The notes under the pieces are model-generated. The model made no database searches. It saw only the letters and a list, made by a program, of their open reading frames with translations, and was not told the DNA's origin. A stretch of 63,997 bases of DNA, filler included, from Catajapyx aquilonaris (Eukaryota), in NCBI GenBank assembly GCA_000934665.2. It is 4 parts of 4 records of this genome, joined end to end, with 100 filler letters (N's around TTAATTAATTAA, not from the genome) between each part and the next. Parts side by side here need not be neighbours in the genome. Positions count along the whole stretch, not along the records: positions 32,157 to 48,371 come from JYFJ02007333.1; positions 48,472 to 63,997 come from JYFJ02007472.1; 2 more parts are not named here. The stretch is one strand, 5' to 3'. Every line of letters begins with the position of its first letter. Within the stretch, counting starts at the first letter, position 1. Position numbers and translations under genes: made by a program. Of the stretch, positions 38,422 through 50,543 are shown piece after piece.

Positions 38422-40221
38422 GAGACATTCCACGTCAAGCGGGCCACCTTCCGACAAATCTTTGAGGACCTTGACCAAAATTTAGTGACATGTACTAGTC
38501 ATCGACCTATGCCGGAAGACAAAATATTATACCTCTGCGTTACGTGGTTGCGTAACTACAGGGTGCGGAATCTACCAATTTATGCGGATTTTTGCAACGC
38601 ATGCAGTCACTTGGATTACCATAACTCCCAGAGGATAAGTGCAAATACTAAACTTGATGTATGCATTGGATACGTATTTTAACGCTCTATAAGATGGCCA
38701 TACCGATGATTAAGAGAATCAAAAATTTAAAGTCAAAAATTGGCGCTCCAATTTTGATTTTGATTTTTATCAAACTTGGACATTTTTGATTTTTTTAAAT
38801 GACTCTTAAAATGAAGCTGAACATGTCTGGCCGATATTTTCGAAAACTCCCCGAGACCGAAATTGGTCTTTCTCGCGCTATAAGCCAAAACGCAAACCGT
38901 GTGCATGCACGTGGACCATCCAAGCGAATATCTATCGTTTGTACTGATCTGAAATAAATCATAAGTGCCTACGTCATGCGTATGCTAATATGACAGAACT
39001 CGCGCTCTCTAAGTACCGGGTTCAGTGGGAGTATAATTTGACACCAAACACTGACATAATTAGATCTGTCCAATCAATGCATTACTAGTGTATTGCTCTT
39101 TGTTGGTCAACAATAATATTGCTCTCTGCGTTTTGCATGGTTGAGACTGCCAATGGGATTTTATCCCAAAGCCCGCATTACAACTGTTTTTATGGCTGTG
39201 TAGGTGGAGTGAAGATAGTACGGTAAGGAATGGTGTCGTGGATATAAGGATGTTATGTTCGACAAAAAACATGAGAATGTGGGATGGGAAATTGATTGTC
39301 AAGGCCTCTACGGTCTGTTCAGTCGGGGAAACACATCGAAAGGCATCGTAGGCACTTATGATTTATTTCATATCAGTAGCCTACAAACGATAGATATTCG
39401 CTTGGATGGTCCACGTGCATGCACACGGTTTGCGTTTTGGCTTATCGCGCGTGAAAGACCAATTTCGGTCTCGGGGAGTTTTCGGAAATATCGGCCAGAC
39501 ATGTTCAGCTTCATTTTAAGAGTTATTTTTAAAAAATCAAACACGTCCAAGTTTGAAAAAACTCAAAATTGGAGCGCCAATTTTTGACTTAAAATTTATG
39601 ATTCTCGTAATCATCAGTATGGCCATCTCATAGAGCGTTAAAATACGTATCCAACGCATACATCAGGTTTAGCATTTGCACTTGTCCTCTGGGAGTTATG
39701 GTAATCCAAGTGACTGCATGCTAAGTAAAATCCGTACTTGGGTTGCGCTGCGGCTCATAGCGCGAGAAAGACCAATTTCGGTCTCGGGGAGTTTTCGAAA
39801 ATATCGGCCAGACATGTTCAGCTTCATTTTAAGAGTCATTTAAAAAAATCAAACACGTCCAAGAGTGATAAAAATCAAAATCAAAATTGGAGCGCCAATT
39901 TTTGACTTTAAATTTTTGATTCTCTTAATCATCGGTATGGCCATCTTATAGAGCGTTAAAATACGTATCCAACGCATACATCAAGTTTAGCATTTGCACT
40001 TATCCTCTGGGAGTTATGGTAATCCAAGTGACTGCATGCGTTGCAAAAATCCGCATAAATTGGTAGATTCCGCACCCTGTAGTTACGCAACCACGCAACG
40101 CAGAGATATAATACGTATTTTGTCTTCCGGCATAGGTGGATGAGTAGTACATGTCATTAAAATTTGGTCAAAGTCCTCGAAGATTTGTCGGAAAGGTGGC
40201 CCGCTTGACGTGGAATGCCTC
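38422..40221. mobile_element. Sola-like long-TIR foldback element
   Basis: GAG...CTC termini, ATAT 4-bp TSD, arms of about 550 bp; the right arm carries a tandem duplication (about 39445-39720 repeated at about 39757-40035). Confidence 0.75.
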
Positions 40222-40410
40222 ATATACTAATACGTCATCATCATCCTATATTAATATGGTTCTGTTGTTCTGTTGGGTATTGGAAGGAATAGGTTAATGA
40301 ATCGCCATGTAACCCGCACTAGAATTTGCTTGTATACTTTTTACAAGTTTATGGAAATAAAAAACCTCATTTTATATACAGGTTATGACAGTGACTGCTG
40401 AAGTAACTCC

Positions 40411-42112
40411 TCAATTGGTGAGGAGGTAGGTAGGGACCAGGATGAGAACGAGGGTGGCGAAAGGCGTGGCCGAGAGTCCCTTGGCTCCTTGAGTGGTGGG
40501 GGGAGGACTTGTCACTGTTGTGGTTCGACGTGTCACTGGTGTAGTTGACTTCTTGGCCGGGCTTGTTGAAGTAGAACTCACTGTCGTCGTTGGTAAGGTT
40601 GTAGTTGTTGTGGTTGTTGTGTTCCAACTGGCGCAGTTCGGCCCCAGAACAGTGCAAGTATTCTGAAAGTAATAGAGTACCGTAGTAATGTTTCCCCTAT
40701 AATTATACTAGTTCTGTAATAATTTTACAATATTTTATTACTCGGCCAGAGACTACTGAGGCCTGTTACATCCCTGAAGTCCTCCTTAGAGAAATATTAT
40801 GAGTTTTAAATTGTTCAACTAAGAATAAAGTATCAGGTTACGCAATTACGTTTAGAAATTGAAAGGGATTATAATTATTTCCTCTTGTGGAGCAAAAGAT
40901 GGGAAATCTCATCCAACGTATACTTGTTTTGGTCTATGCGTCAAATGGCGCCAAATATTATTACCTCCTTGAATTATGTACTGTACATTAAGGTTGGGAC
41001 ATGCCAAGGGGTGATTATTATTTTTTCCTTCAAACACTTAAGCATGTGGAACAGTTAACCGTATAACGATTTACAGTGATGTCCTTGTTTTATCTGATCT
41101 GATGATAGATGTGGATCAAAAGATGTCGGGAATCAAACGAGTGGGCTATACACGTAACTCAACGACATCTTCCCACCCGGCCATAGCCGTAACCAATGTG
41201 AAACATGAGAATACGAACAAAAAAGAGCTATCAACTGTTGATCTGAGCTTATTGAAAGCACTCATTGTTGCCACCAAAGTTATGTGTTGCCATGTTCCAA
41301 CCATGAAGAAGTTGCTGAATAACGTTCGCTTTTGGACTATGGTTGTTATCAAAAATTAGATATGGACGAATTGGCACGAAAAAGAATGATATTGAATCCA
41401 AAATTCTTTACGTGATCAATATTCCTCTGCAGAAGTAGGGCACTCCGGGATTTTCTGAATTGAAATGTTCGATGTAGAAGGATGTTGGACAAGTAACTTT
41501 GTTTGGCATTTTTGGATTTTTGTCACGCCAAAGACTTTGTCTAGCCTGTTTGTGTGCAGAGCCTCTAAACCTTGTATTTACCTGCCCTAAGGGAAGTGAT
41601 AGAGAACGAAGGGAGCAAAATGGGGGGAAAAGAAATTATTCTTTGGAATAGGGCCATTCGAAGATATCTTGTATTATGAAAAATCCCTGAACACCTGGGA
41701 TAATGTCAAAAAATATTGTACTGCACAGTAGTAGGTTGATATTATAATTAGCCTACCTCTATGATGTTGCCTCCTAGTAAGCAAGGAACTCGGTTGCGTT
41801 GGAGCCACAGTCTTTCTCCACTTCGTGTCCCACACAGTACTCGACTTGTACCATTGGGCTGTGATACGACGAGAAAAGAAATACGTGCATATTAAAATTA
41901 ATAATTGTAAAATCACTCTGTACTGTATACACAGCGGATTGCTACTTTAAGTAGGGTGTACACAACTTATAATACTCACCAGCACAATTTAGTCGCGTCG
42001 TTGATGCCGTGGATCTGAGGTAGGATGCCCAGAACTTCTTGCGCAAAGTGAAGATCGCATGGTAAAGATTCCATTCCTTTATCCATTAAGCACGAAATGG
42101 AATCCAGGTATA
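40411..42112 (-). pseudogene. Cys-rich, Thr-stalk, GPI-anchor-type surface protein (DUF19/CPG4-like); 5'-truncated and frameshifted
   Basis: Exons 42112-41980 (YLDSISCLMDKGMESLPCDLHFAQEVLGILPQIHGINDATKLC), 41858-41757 (CPMVQVEYCVGHEVEKDCGSNATEFL / frameshift / LLGGNIIE) and 40662-40411 (NTCTVLGPNCASWNTTTTTTTTLP...TQGAKGLSATPFATLVLILVPTYLLTN*). Confidence 0.65.
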
Positions 42113-43275
42113 CTGCAAAACCAACATCATCTTAATTCTATGGAGAATTAGGCAATAGCTACCGATAAAGTCCTGAGTTCCATTTTCGATCTCGGGAAAG
42201 AGAACATGTTAAGTGACTATATAATTATTGTTGTTCATCCTCCGAAATTTCTCAGAACTAAAACCAGCTAATTTCTGCTGCTTCCTATACCCTAACCAAG
42301 ACCGTAATTCTCGGTCGTAATTTCATGGCAGCGACAAATGTCTCTGTGCATTTGCAACTTAAGGGTTGGACAATTGGCATGGAACCGCAACGTGTGATTC
42401 CGTTTTGCCGTCCGACTGAAAGTGTTCAATCTATGGTGGCTGACACTTTTGACCCGGTTGCGAAATTGGTAGATGCTACCGATTTGGAAGATTCGGATAA
42501 GAATCCACACCCGGAAGAGGCGCTGCTCTTTTGCGCCACAGATTCGAATTGCAAAACTTTGACGACTCGCCCTGGCCTTACCGTTCGTCTTTCAGAAAAA
42601 CTCCGTATATCTTCGGAATCAGGATCCCCCCCCCCCCGATTTTTAGAGGCCAACTTGTATTTTGAGTGGAGTGTCCCTTTCATCTGTGGGCGCATACGTT
42701 ACCGCAGCACCACTCCGCCTCCCCTAAAACCGGGACGAAAGTATTGCCTTTGCATGTGTGTTACTTTAAAAAAAATCGATTGTATGCAACAGCAGTATCG
42801 TGAACTTAGTTCGTTAGTTATTAGTTCGTTTTATGTCTCGCCTGAAAATTTTACTATGGACTTATGGGGTTTCTGATCCCATCGCTTCAATTTTAACATA
42901 CTCCAAAACTTTACAATTAATATTCTTGCAAGTGTGCCGGCTAATACCTAATAACGAAAAGGAAGAAGGAAGAAGTGCAAATAACGTAAGTCACAAATAA
43001 TATTTTGTATGACCTGGCTTCCTAAATAATCTTCCTATACTCATTGCAGCTGGGTCATTCCATGTCAATGCAGTAAATTTTCAGAAAAGTTGTGGCTCGA
43101 CCCCTTTCGATTTTGTTTAAAATAATGACGTGTGTAGCCATACAGGACTTGATGTCAAATCCAAAATAATTGTACACTTCTGGAGTTATATTTTACCGAG
43201 ATATAAGCATGACAATGTCAACAATGTAGGCCTACACACGCGGCCATACATTCCATTGTTAAACCATTACATTGT

Positions 43276-44199
43276 ATATCTACATGATACATATCAAATG
43301 AAAGGTAATGAACAGGAGAATCCTATGGTGAAATAAAATTTTATCTAATGTTTTATTTTAAATTATAACAAAATTAAACGCACAATCTCAATTTACTCTA
43401 TATTTCGGATGGCCATAAATCCCCAAATATTTGTGCTATCTGCTTTAAATTTGGGCATTAGCACTTACGGTAGTATATTATACATCTGCCTGTAAAATAT
43501 GTTAGTTCTATAGGTGAAGTAGTCTTGGAAATAAAAAATTCTGAATATTAGAAAATTCACCAATTCGACAATTTCATCCGTTTTTTTTCTCTATATGTGG
43601 GGCTGGACCTTGGGCTGGACCTATTTCGGCGTTTTATGTATCAATCTATGCGCATGATCAGGAGCGTTCTAGTGACCTCATCGTTTTCCGACAAATGATA
43701 AGGTCGTTGTGAATTTTTACTTGCCATGCACATTCTTGCATATAAGCATGACAAGTAAAAATTTACCACGACCTTATCATTTGTCGGCAAGCGATGATTT
43801 CCATATCCCTAGAATTCTCATGATCTTGCGCATCGATTGATATATAAAAGGCCGAAATAGGTCCAGCCCAAGGTGCAGCCCCACATAGAGAAAAAAACGG
43901 ATGAAATTGTTGAATTTGTGAATTTTCTAATATTCAGAATTTTTTATTTCCAAGACTACTTCGCCTATAGAACTAGCATATTTTACAGGCAGATGTATAT
44001 ACTACCGTAAGTGCTACTGCCCAAATTTAAAGCAGATAGCACAAATATTTGGAGATTTACGGCCATCCGAAATATAGAGTAAATTGAGATTGTGCGTTTA
44101 ATTTTTTTATAATTTAAAATAAAACATTCGATAAAATTTTATTTCACCATAAAATTCTCCTGTTCATTACCTTTCGTTTGATATGTATCATGTAGATAT
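43276..44199. repeat. Long palindromic (foldback) element, arms of about 460 bp
   Basis: 43276-43730 is the reverse complement of about 43748-44199. An upstream GGGTCATTCCATGTCAA terminus at 43052 is also present at 47846. Confidence 0.85.
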
Positions 44200-45529
44200 G
44201 GGTGATTCTCCAAAAACTTACCATTTTCAAAGTAAGAATTAATGAATTTCAAAACTTGTTTTAAAAATCTGGAAAAATTCTCACTTACTCTTTATGCCTC
44301 TTATATTCTTCCCTCCCTGTGATAGAAACAGGGAGGTAAGTAAATGACTTATGCCTCTTATATCAGCATGTGATTTCATTATTTATACTCCATGAAGATA
44401 TAGGGATTGTTTTTTGCTTACACTACATAATGGGGAAGTAGCCTTGGTCTGGGATTTGGGATTTTTGTTCATAACTAGCTAGCCCATGGCTGTAAACATA
44501 CATTCCATCACTCTGTTGCATCAAAATGACATTACTGGATAAATTACGGCACATTTAAAAGTGCCTTCAAAATTGGCGGGAAAAACGGGGCAGCCGGGTG
44601 GTGCCAATCGAAATGGTACACTGAAATGCCTGATTGACTGCGAGATATGAGGAATTTGACTTTGAATTAACCGCGGACACGACGGAAAGCATTCGCAAGG
44701 CGGCTGTAGGCCATCGAGGTGGAGAAAGGGGGCCTTCATGTGCCGAATTCGGGTGACAGATAATTCCTACCAGTTGGCACCACTGTCAGCACAGGAGCGG
44801 CTTGAGCGGCCTGGAATAAATACGCGCCCCGGCCGCTATCTTGCTCACGGAATGGGACGGTTGCTAACAACAGCGAAGCATTTTACAACAATGACGGGGC
44901 GCGTTCTATAACACCATTTTTGCGTTCATTTCACTTCGCGTGACGTCAACATTTTCTAGGGAAACAGTGACGTCACCATTTCCCTACATAAAAACCCCAA
45001 TTACTCCGGAACTGAAACTGATATCTTGAAACGGAATATGCCAAAAAAATCCAAAAAATACGGGCGAATTTATTATGTAGTTTCCAAAATGAAGGCTACT
45101 TCCCCATTATTGTTATCATGTGCGACTGTGTGTATAATCAGACTGATAAGGTAGCAGGCCTGAATCTGTGCTAGTAGGCGCAGGGTTGCAGGCCTACAGT
45201 AAGTTATATATAATAAGCCAATAAATGAACCAGTCAGTAAATAAACAATAAATGCAGTGTGGCCGTAATATATTGTATTAACTGTTTATTTTTGGGCGTA
45301 ACTTTTTCCAGAGTGATCCGATTGAGCTGAAATTTGGATATGTTATGCCTAATGACATTTAAAGAGAATATTTAAGTTTTGAAGAATTTCTGAGTTTCAG
45401 GGAAAAATAAGCAAAAGTTTTTGTTTATTTTTCCGTACATGTCAAAATTAAACAAAAGCTTCAAGCAGCCATAACAATCTGAAAACTCAACCAAATTCTA
45501 CAAAACTTGACAAGCTAATCACGCACATC

Positions 45530-46150
45530 TTGTACTCGGTTTTGTAACCCTTATTGGCGTCGATGACAACTTGACATGCGTGAGGCATCGAGGCGACCAA
45601 CTTGTCCGACACTGATTGTGTGATCTTCTTCCACTCTGCCTCCAGTTTCTTGGACTTATCGGTGGTACTGGGTGCTTTTTTGTTCTTGATTGCATTAAGG
45701 TCCCGAGATCGGTTTGGCCAGTGCATTATTGCCACTCTCTTCTGGTGCGAGGAGGGCTCCTGGTCGTTTTTGTGCTGGTGGAGGAGAGAATGGTCAAACA
45801 AACGCCTTGCATATGGCCACAAGACATCTTGGAAGATATCCCGGCATACCTCCTTGGTCATGACACTGTCAATCCGGTGCAGGAAACCAACTCCAAGGGA
45901 TATGAAGCAGACCTATACATCAACAGCAGTGGCGTATATGTCCTCTGGTCAGATGAGTCGAAGTATCTGATGTTTGGAACTGATGGAATAGCCTGCGTGT
46001 GTAGTCCCAAAGGCGACTGATTCAATCTCAGGTACCGACCTACAAGCATGGCGGAAGATCCGTCATATGCAAGGAGTGTGTTAGACCATAAATTCTCTCC
46101 TGATGTACCAGCACAAAAACCACCAGGAGCGCTCGTCCATATACATATGC
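45530..46150 (-). pseudogene. Degenerate Tc1 (DD34E) transposase with internal inversion
   Basis: Minus strand: GVGFLHRID, WPNRSRDLNAI, EWKKI..KLVASMP..VID.NKGYKTEY. Plus strand 45935-46070: VLWSDESK..FGTDG and KHGGRSV. Confidence 0.85.
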
Positions 46151-46367
46151 TACGGAGAAAAGCTGCAACTGTAAGTGAATAGTTGGGTACAACTTGTAAG
46201 AGAGAACTCAGGAGAAGGGAATAAAATGCCATTTTTTATCTCAATCTTATTATGTTGGCTGGGCCGGCTGGGCATTGCCACTTTGTACACGTACGTTGTA
46301 CGTTCAGCACCAAAAGGGTTTATTCTTCACAAGTTCCTGTAATAATATTCATGATTTCCACTATTGC

Positions 46368-46622
46368 TCAGTTGGCGATGATGTAGGTAGGGAGCAGGAT
46401 GAGAATGAGGGTGGCGAAAGACGTGGCCGAGAGTCCTTTGGCTCCTTGAGTGGTGGCGGAAGGACGTGTAGTGGTTGGACGTGTCACTGGTGTTGTGCTT
46501 TTTGCAGTTGTTCTTGAAGCTGTTGACTTGGATGAAGTTGCTGATGGAGTCGTCGATGTTGGGGCGGGAGGGGCCAATGTGTTCCACCCACTGCAGTTCT
46601 GGCCCTGATAAGGGCAAGTAGC
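46368..46622 (-). CDS. Terminal exon of a second GPI-anchor-type Thr-stalk paralog (upstream exons not in contig)
   Basis: AG acceptor then ATCPYQGQNCSGWNT...TQGAKGLSATSFATLILILLPTYIIAN*; clearly paralogous to 40411-40662. Confidence 0.6.
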   Translation of the reverse strand, partial: ATCPYQGQNCSGWNTLAPPAPTSTTPSATSSKSTASRTTAKSTTPVTRPTTTRPSATTQGAKGLSATSFATLILILLPTYIIAN

Positions 46623-47590
46623 CTGCAATATAAAATTTGATTCAAAATGAGTAGATGAATATTACGCATCGAAATGGTTTGAAATGACAGTCCCAGCGGT
46701 CTCTACCTCGGGAAACACTGGACGAATCAAAACTGAAATACAATATAGTAAGTATAGTATAGTATAGTATACACGAGACCTTTTAAATCCGTAAAACTAC
46801 CCGCCATTTCGAATTTTATACTTTTTCAGTGACGCCATATGAATTTATTCGGGTCACTCGTAGTTGACATTACCGACACAGAAAACCCCTAAACCATATC
46901 TCACTCGTGATCTCACTTGTCACATTGACGGTAGAAATTCGCGAATGCCTCGTAATTCTGGGAAATGCCGTAATCTTGGGAGCCATCGCGTTTTTAGGTC
47001 ACAAGGACCAAAAAATCCGAGATCAGTTGGGTCTAATTAGTCTGAAAAGGCTTGATTTAAATACATTAAATTTGTTTCAAATTCTGTTCCAATATGAACG
47101 ATGTAAGATTTGGGGCCCGATCAAATTTGGGTGCACTTGCGTTCCTTCAAATGCGATTTTCTTCTTTAAATGGACACTCTATCTACATATTCTTTTCTAT
47201 GCCAAAGAAAGGACGTCTCAGCTATACAAGATATTTTGCTGTGGATGTTTACATTTGTAATAGCCTAACATGTGTTATAAAAATTGCGAATATTTCAAAG
47301 GGGAACAAAGAAGTCAAAGTCAGTATTTTTAATGTGTGAGGTAGATCCTTGCAAACCGAGTGGTCGGAGACATCTGTAGCTCAATTATTGGTCCACGAGA
47401 TATTACCGATTTATGCAACACCCTATTTTCCGAAAAGGCTGAAAAAGGCCGTTTTTTCGGAGGGCGTATCTCCGGGTTGGGGTGGTTAATCGCAAAACCG
47501 CGCAAATCGTATTCTTGTGGGACGTAACTAAACCGATGTGCAGTTTTTCGTCATGATCTGACAACCCAGTGGTCAATATTCTCCTATAAG

Positions 47591-47847
<257 letters not shown>

Positions 47848-48371
47848 GTCATTCCATGTCAATTCACCGAGCTTTTAAGGAAAATTGACCCTTGGGTTGT
47901 CAGATTTTGACGAAAATCGGCGAATCGCTTTAATTACGTCTTTCAAAAATACCATTTGCGCGGTTTTGAGATTTACCCCCCCTCCCCGGAGATAGGCCTA
48001 CCGAAAAAAACGGCCTTTTCGGAAGGTAGGGTTTCAGAAATCGGTCATATCTCGTGAACCAATTGAGCTACAGACGTCGTAGACCGCTCACTTTGAAGAG
48101 ATTCGAGAGCCCAATCTCACTAAGGATTGAAAATTCGTATTTTGACTTTTTTGAAAATTTTGTCCCATTTTCAAAATTTAAAAATGAAAAAAAAAATCCG
48201 CCTAGTTTAAAAATCCGATTTTTAAATATGTTGGAGCTCAGACCCTTCCCCTGACATAGAAAAAAATCTCAGGAGGAGTTTTTTGATTTAAGGAAAATAA
48301 TTGCATTTGAAGGAACGCATGTGCGCCTTGAAAGTACGCAATGGGGCCAAATATAGGCCCTAATCAGTCCC

Positions 48372-48471
48372 NNNNNNNNNNNNNNNNNNNNNNNNNNNNN
48401 NNNNNNNNNNNNNNNTTAATTAATTAANNNNNNNNNNNNNNNNNNNNNNNNNNNNNNNNNNNNNNNNNNNN
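48372..48471. other. Assembly gap with TTAATTAATTAA linker
   Basis: 44 N + linker + 44 N. Confidence 0.99.
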
Positions 48472-49527
48472 CCTTTGCGCGCCCCACAGTTTGAGAACCG
48501 AAAATATTACATTGAAAGTTATGGCCGCCCGGAGGGCGCCCGCCCTTTGGCGATTACCTTTTCTGCATGTAGTGGCAATTCAAGCTGTCAACAATTTTGC
48601 TTTTCTTTGTGATCTCGCCATCATTTCTTATTATTGTATTTGAGAAATATTATTTATTGCAACTCGCGGCCGCCCCTGGAGGGCGGCCGCCCCTAGGCCA
48701 GTGCCTATTGTGCCTAATGGGAAATCCGCCACTGCTCTCTCTCCGGATTGTACCTCGCGACACTACCCGCCTTGGTAAGTCTCGAGCTGATATGGAAGTA
48801 TCCCGTCGTGGCCATCACTCTGTCACATGGTTCGACCACTGGCGCCCCTCTCTCCCACTCTGCCTCCCCTTCTCATCTTCCCCTGCATTCCCATGGCCCT
48901 TGGCACCCGGGGCGGGTTCCGCTCGGGTCGAACACACAAAAACCTGGCTTGATTGTATGTGGGATCTTCCATCGCTGCCGCTAGAGGGAACCCGTGTTCG
49001 GCGCTGATTTTCAAAAAAATCAGCTTTGACTTGAAATTTTACGCTTATGGTGCATTTGCCACCAAAACGGACCGGATATTCAGAATCAGAGAGTCCTGCT
49101 CGATTTTTGAAGATCAACATGCAAAATCACTGAACCCTTCCTTTAAGTGCACACATATATGCAGAAAACTAGGCGATGGTGGGTGTAGCTGGTACTGCGC
49201 AGTCAAGTTCTCATAGCCTAGATTCTCGGTGGCTGAGGGTGAAAGGGTTAATAAAAATTAAATAACTATTGAAGTGGCAGTTTTAAAATTTTATCAGGAC
49301 AGACAAATACCCAGTAAATTGTTGAGCCACAGGACAATTTCATTGGCCATCCATACACAACAATGAAAATTCTGAAACTTGCTCTTTCCACAAAAGCATT
49401 TTAAAATGGGGGTCTTTTTAACATAATGCAGTTTTCTCTTTTTAATAGGCCATTGACATTGACATTTATTACTACCTAGTTAAGAGTTCTCGAATCAGGT
49501 TTTCTTATCATATATGAAATATGAATA

Positions 49528-50328
49528 CAGTTGAATCCCTTTATAACGAATCCGGATATAGCGAAAATCCGCTTATAACGAAAGAAAATTTGTGACCGTC
49601 GGAGACCCCATATAAACCCATGTTAAAAATATCCACCTGTAACGAAAGGATTTTCGGTGTCGGTTCGCATATAACGAAAAAATTTCGCTCCTCCAGTCCC
49701 ACCTCTCGGCCGAAAAAGGGCGGAAGTTGGCAAATTGGGCCATAAATCACCATCTGTGTGTTCCGGATTCAACCTTTTTTCACACATTCCTTCCAAACGT
49801 TGATAATTTGGGGTCCTAATGGAAGGGAAAGGATTCTCTGGGAGAGGGGGAGGGCTGTCGCGCAGTGACTCAGAGCTGCCCACTGGATTTATTGCTAGCA
49901 TGTGNNNNNNNNCCCCCCCCCCCCCCCCAAGGGAAGGAGGCAGGTGGTTAAAACCTGGGAAAATTCATCCGAAATTTGAGCAGCAAAACATATCACATCT
50001 GGAACGGAATTCCCAGACGCGGACTTATCATATGTGCCTAAAAGGTGGGATGAGGGCATGAGCGGAAAAGGAGAAGGGCCTGGCCTGCATCTGGTGCAGT
50101 CCTCCTGTGTTTTCTGTAGCTAATTGTTGTCGCATTTGCGCTTGCTTTGTGAGGTAATCTAATATAGCACGGAAGAAATTTTTAACTATTTTTCCCGCTA
50201 CCCGGGCTTAATATAACGCCTAAATATCGAAAAATGTGAGGTTTAAACGCGTTTTTTATATAACGAATTTCACATATAACGAAAGAAAATTTGGTTCCCT
50301 TCAATTTCGTTATAGAGGGATTCGACTG
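49528..50328. mobile_element. pogo/Tigger-like MITE
   Basis: TA|CAGTTGAATCCCTTTATAACGAA ... TTCGTTATAGAGGGATTCGACTG|TA; internal ATAACGAA reiterations. Confidence 0.85.
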
Positions 50329-50543
50329 TATTTCAAAGCAGAAGTATTTATGAAATTTAGGTCCCAGATGAGGTGATTACCTTTACGGGAGCCGTCTGGC
50401 AGGTAAAATTGGGAGATTTAGGATAAGTAAAAGGACCCCAATACTTGGAACACACTGTATATTGCATGCTCAAGTTCAGTGCTGATTAAGATGCAATAGT
50501 AAATTCTCATTGGTTTTAAAATGATAAAATTATGATTTTTCAG

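Noticed and set aside
42325..42876. 183-aa ORF
   Set aside because: No recognisable motifs and it runs through a SINE fragment.
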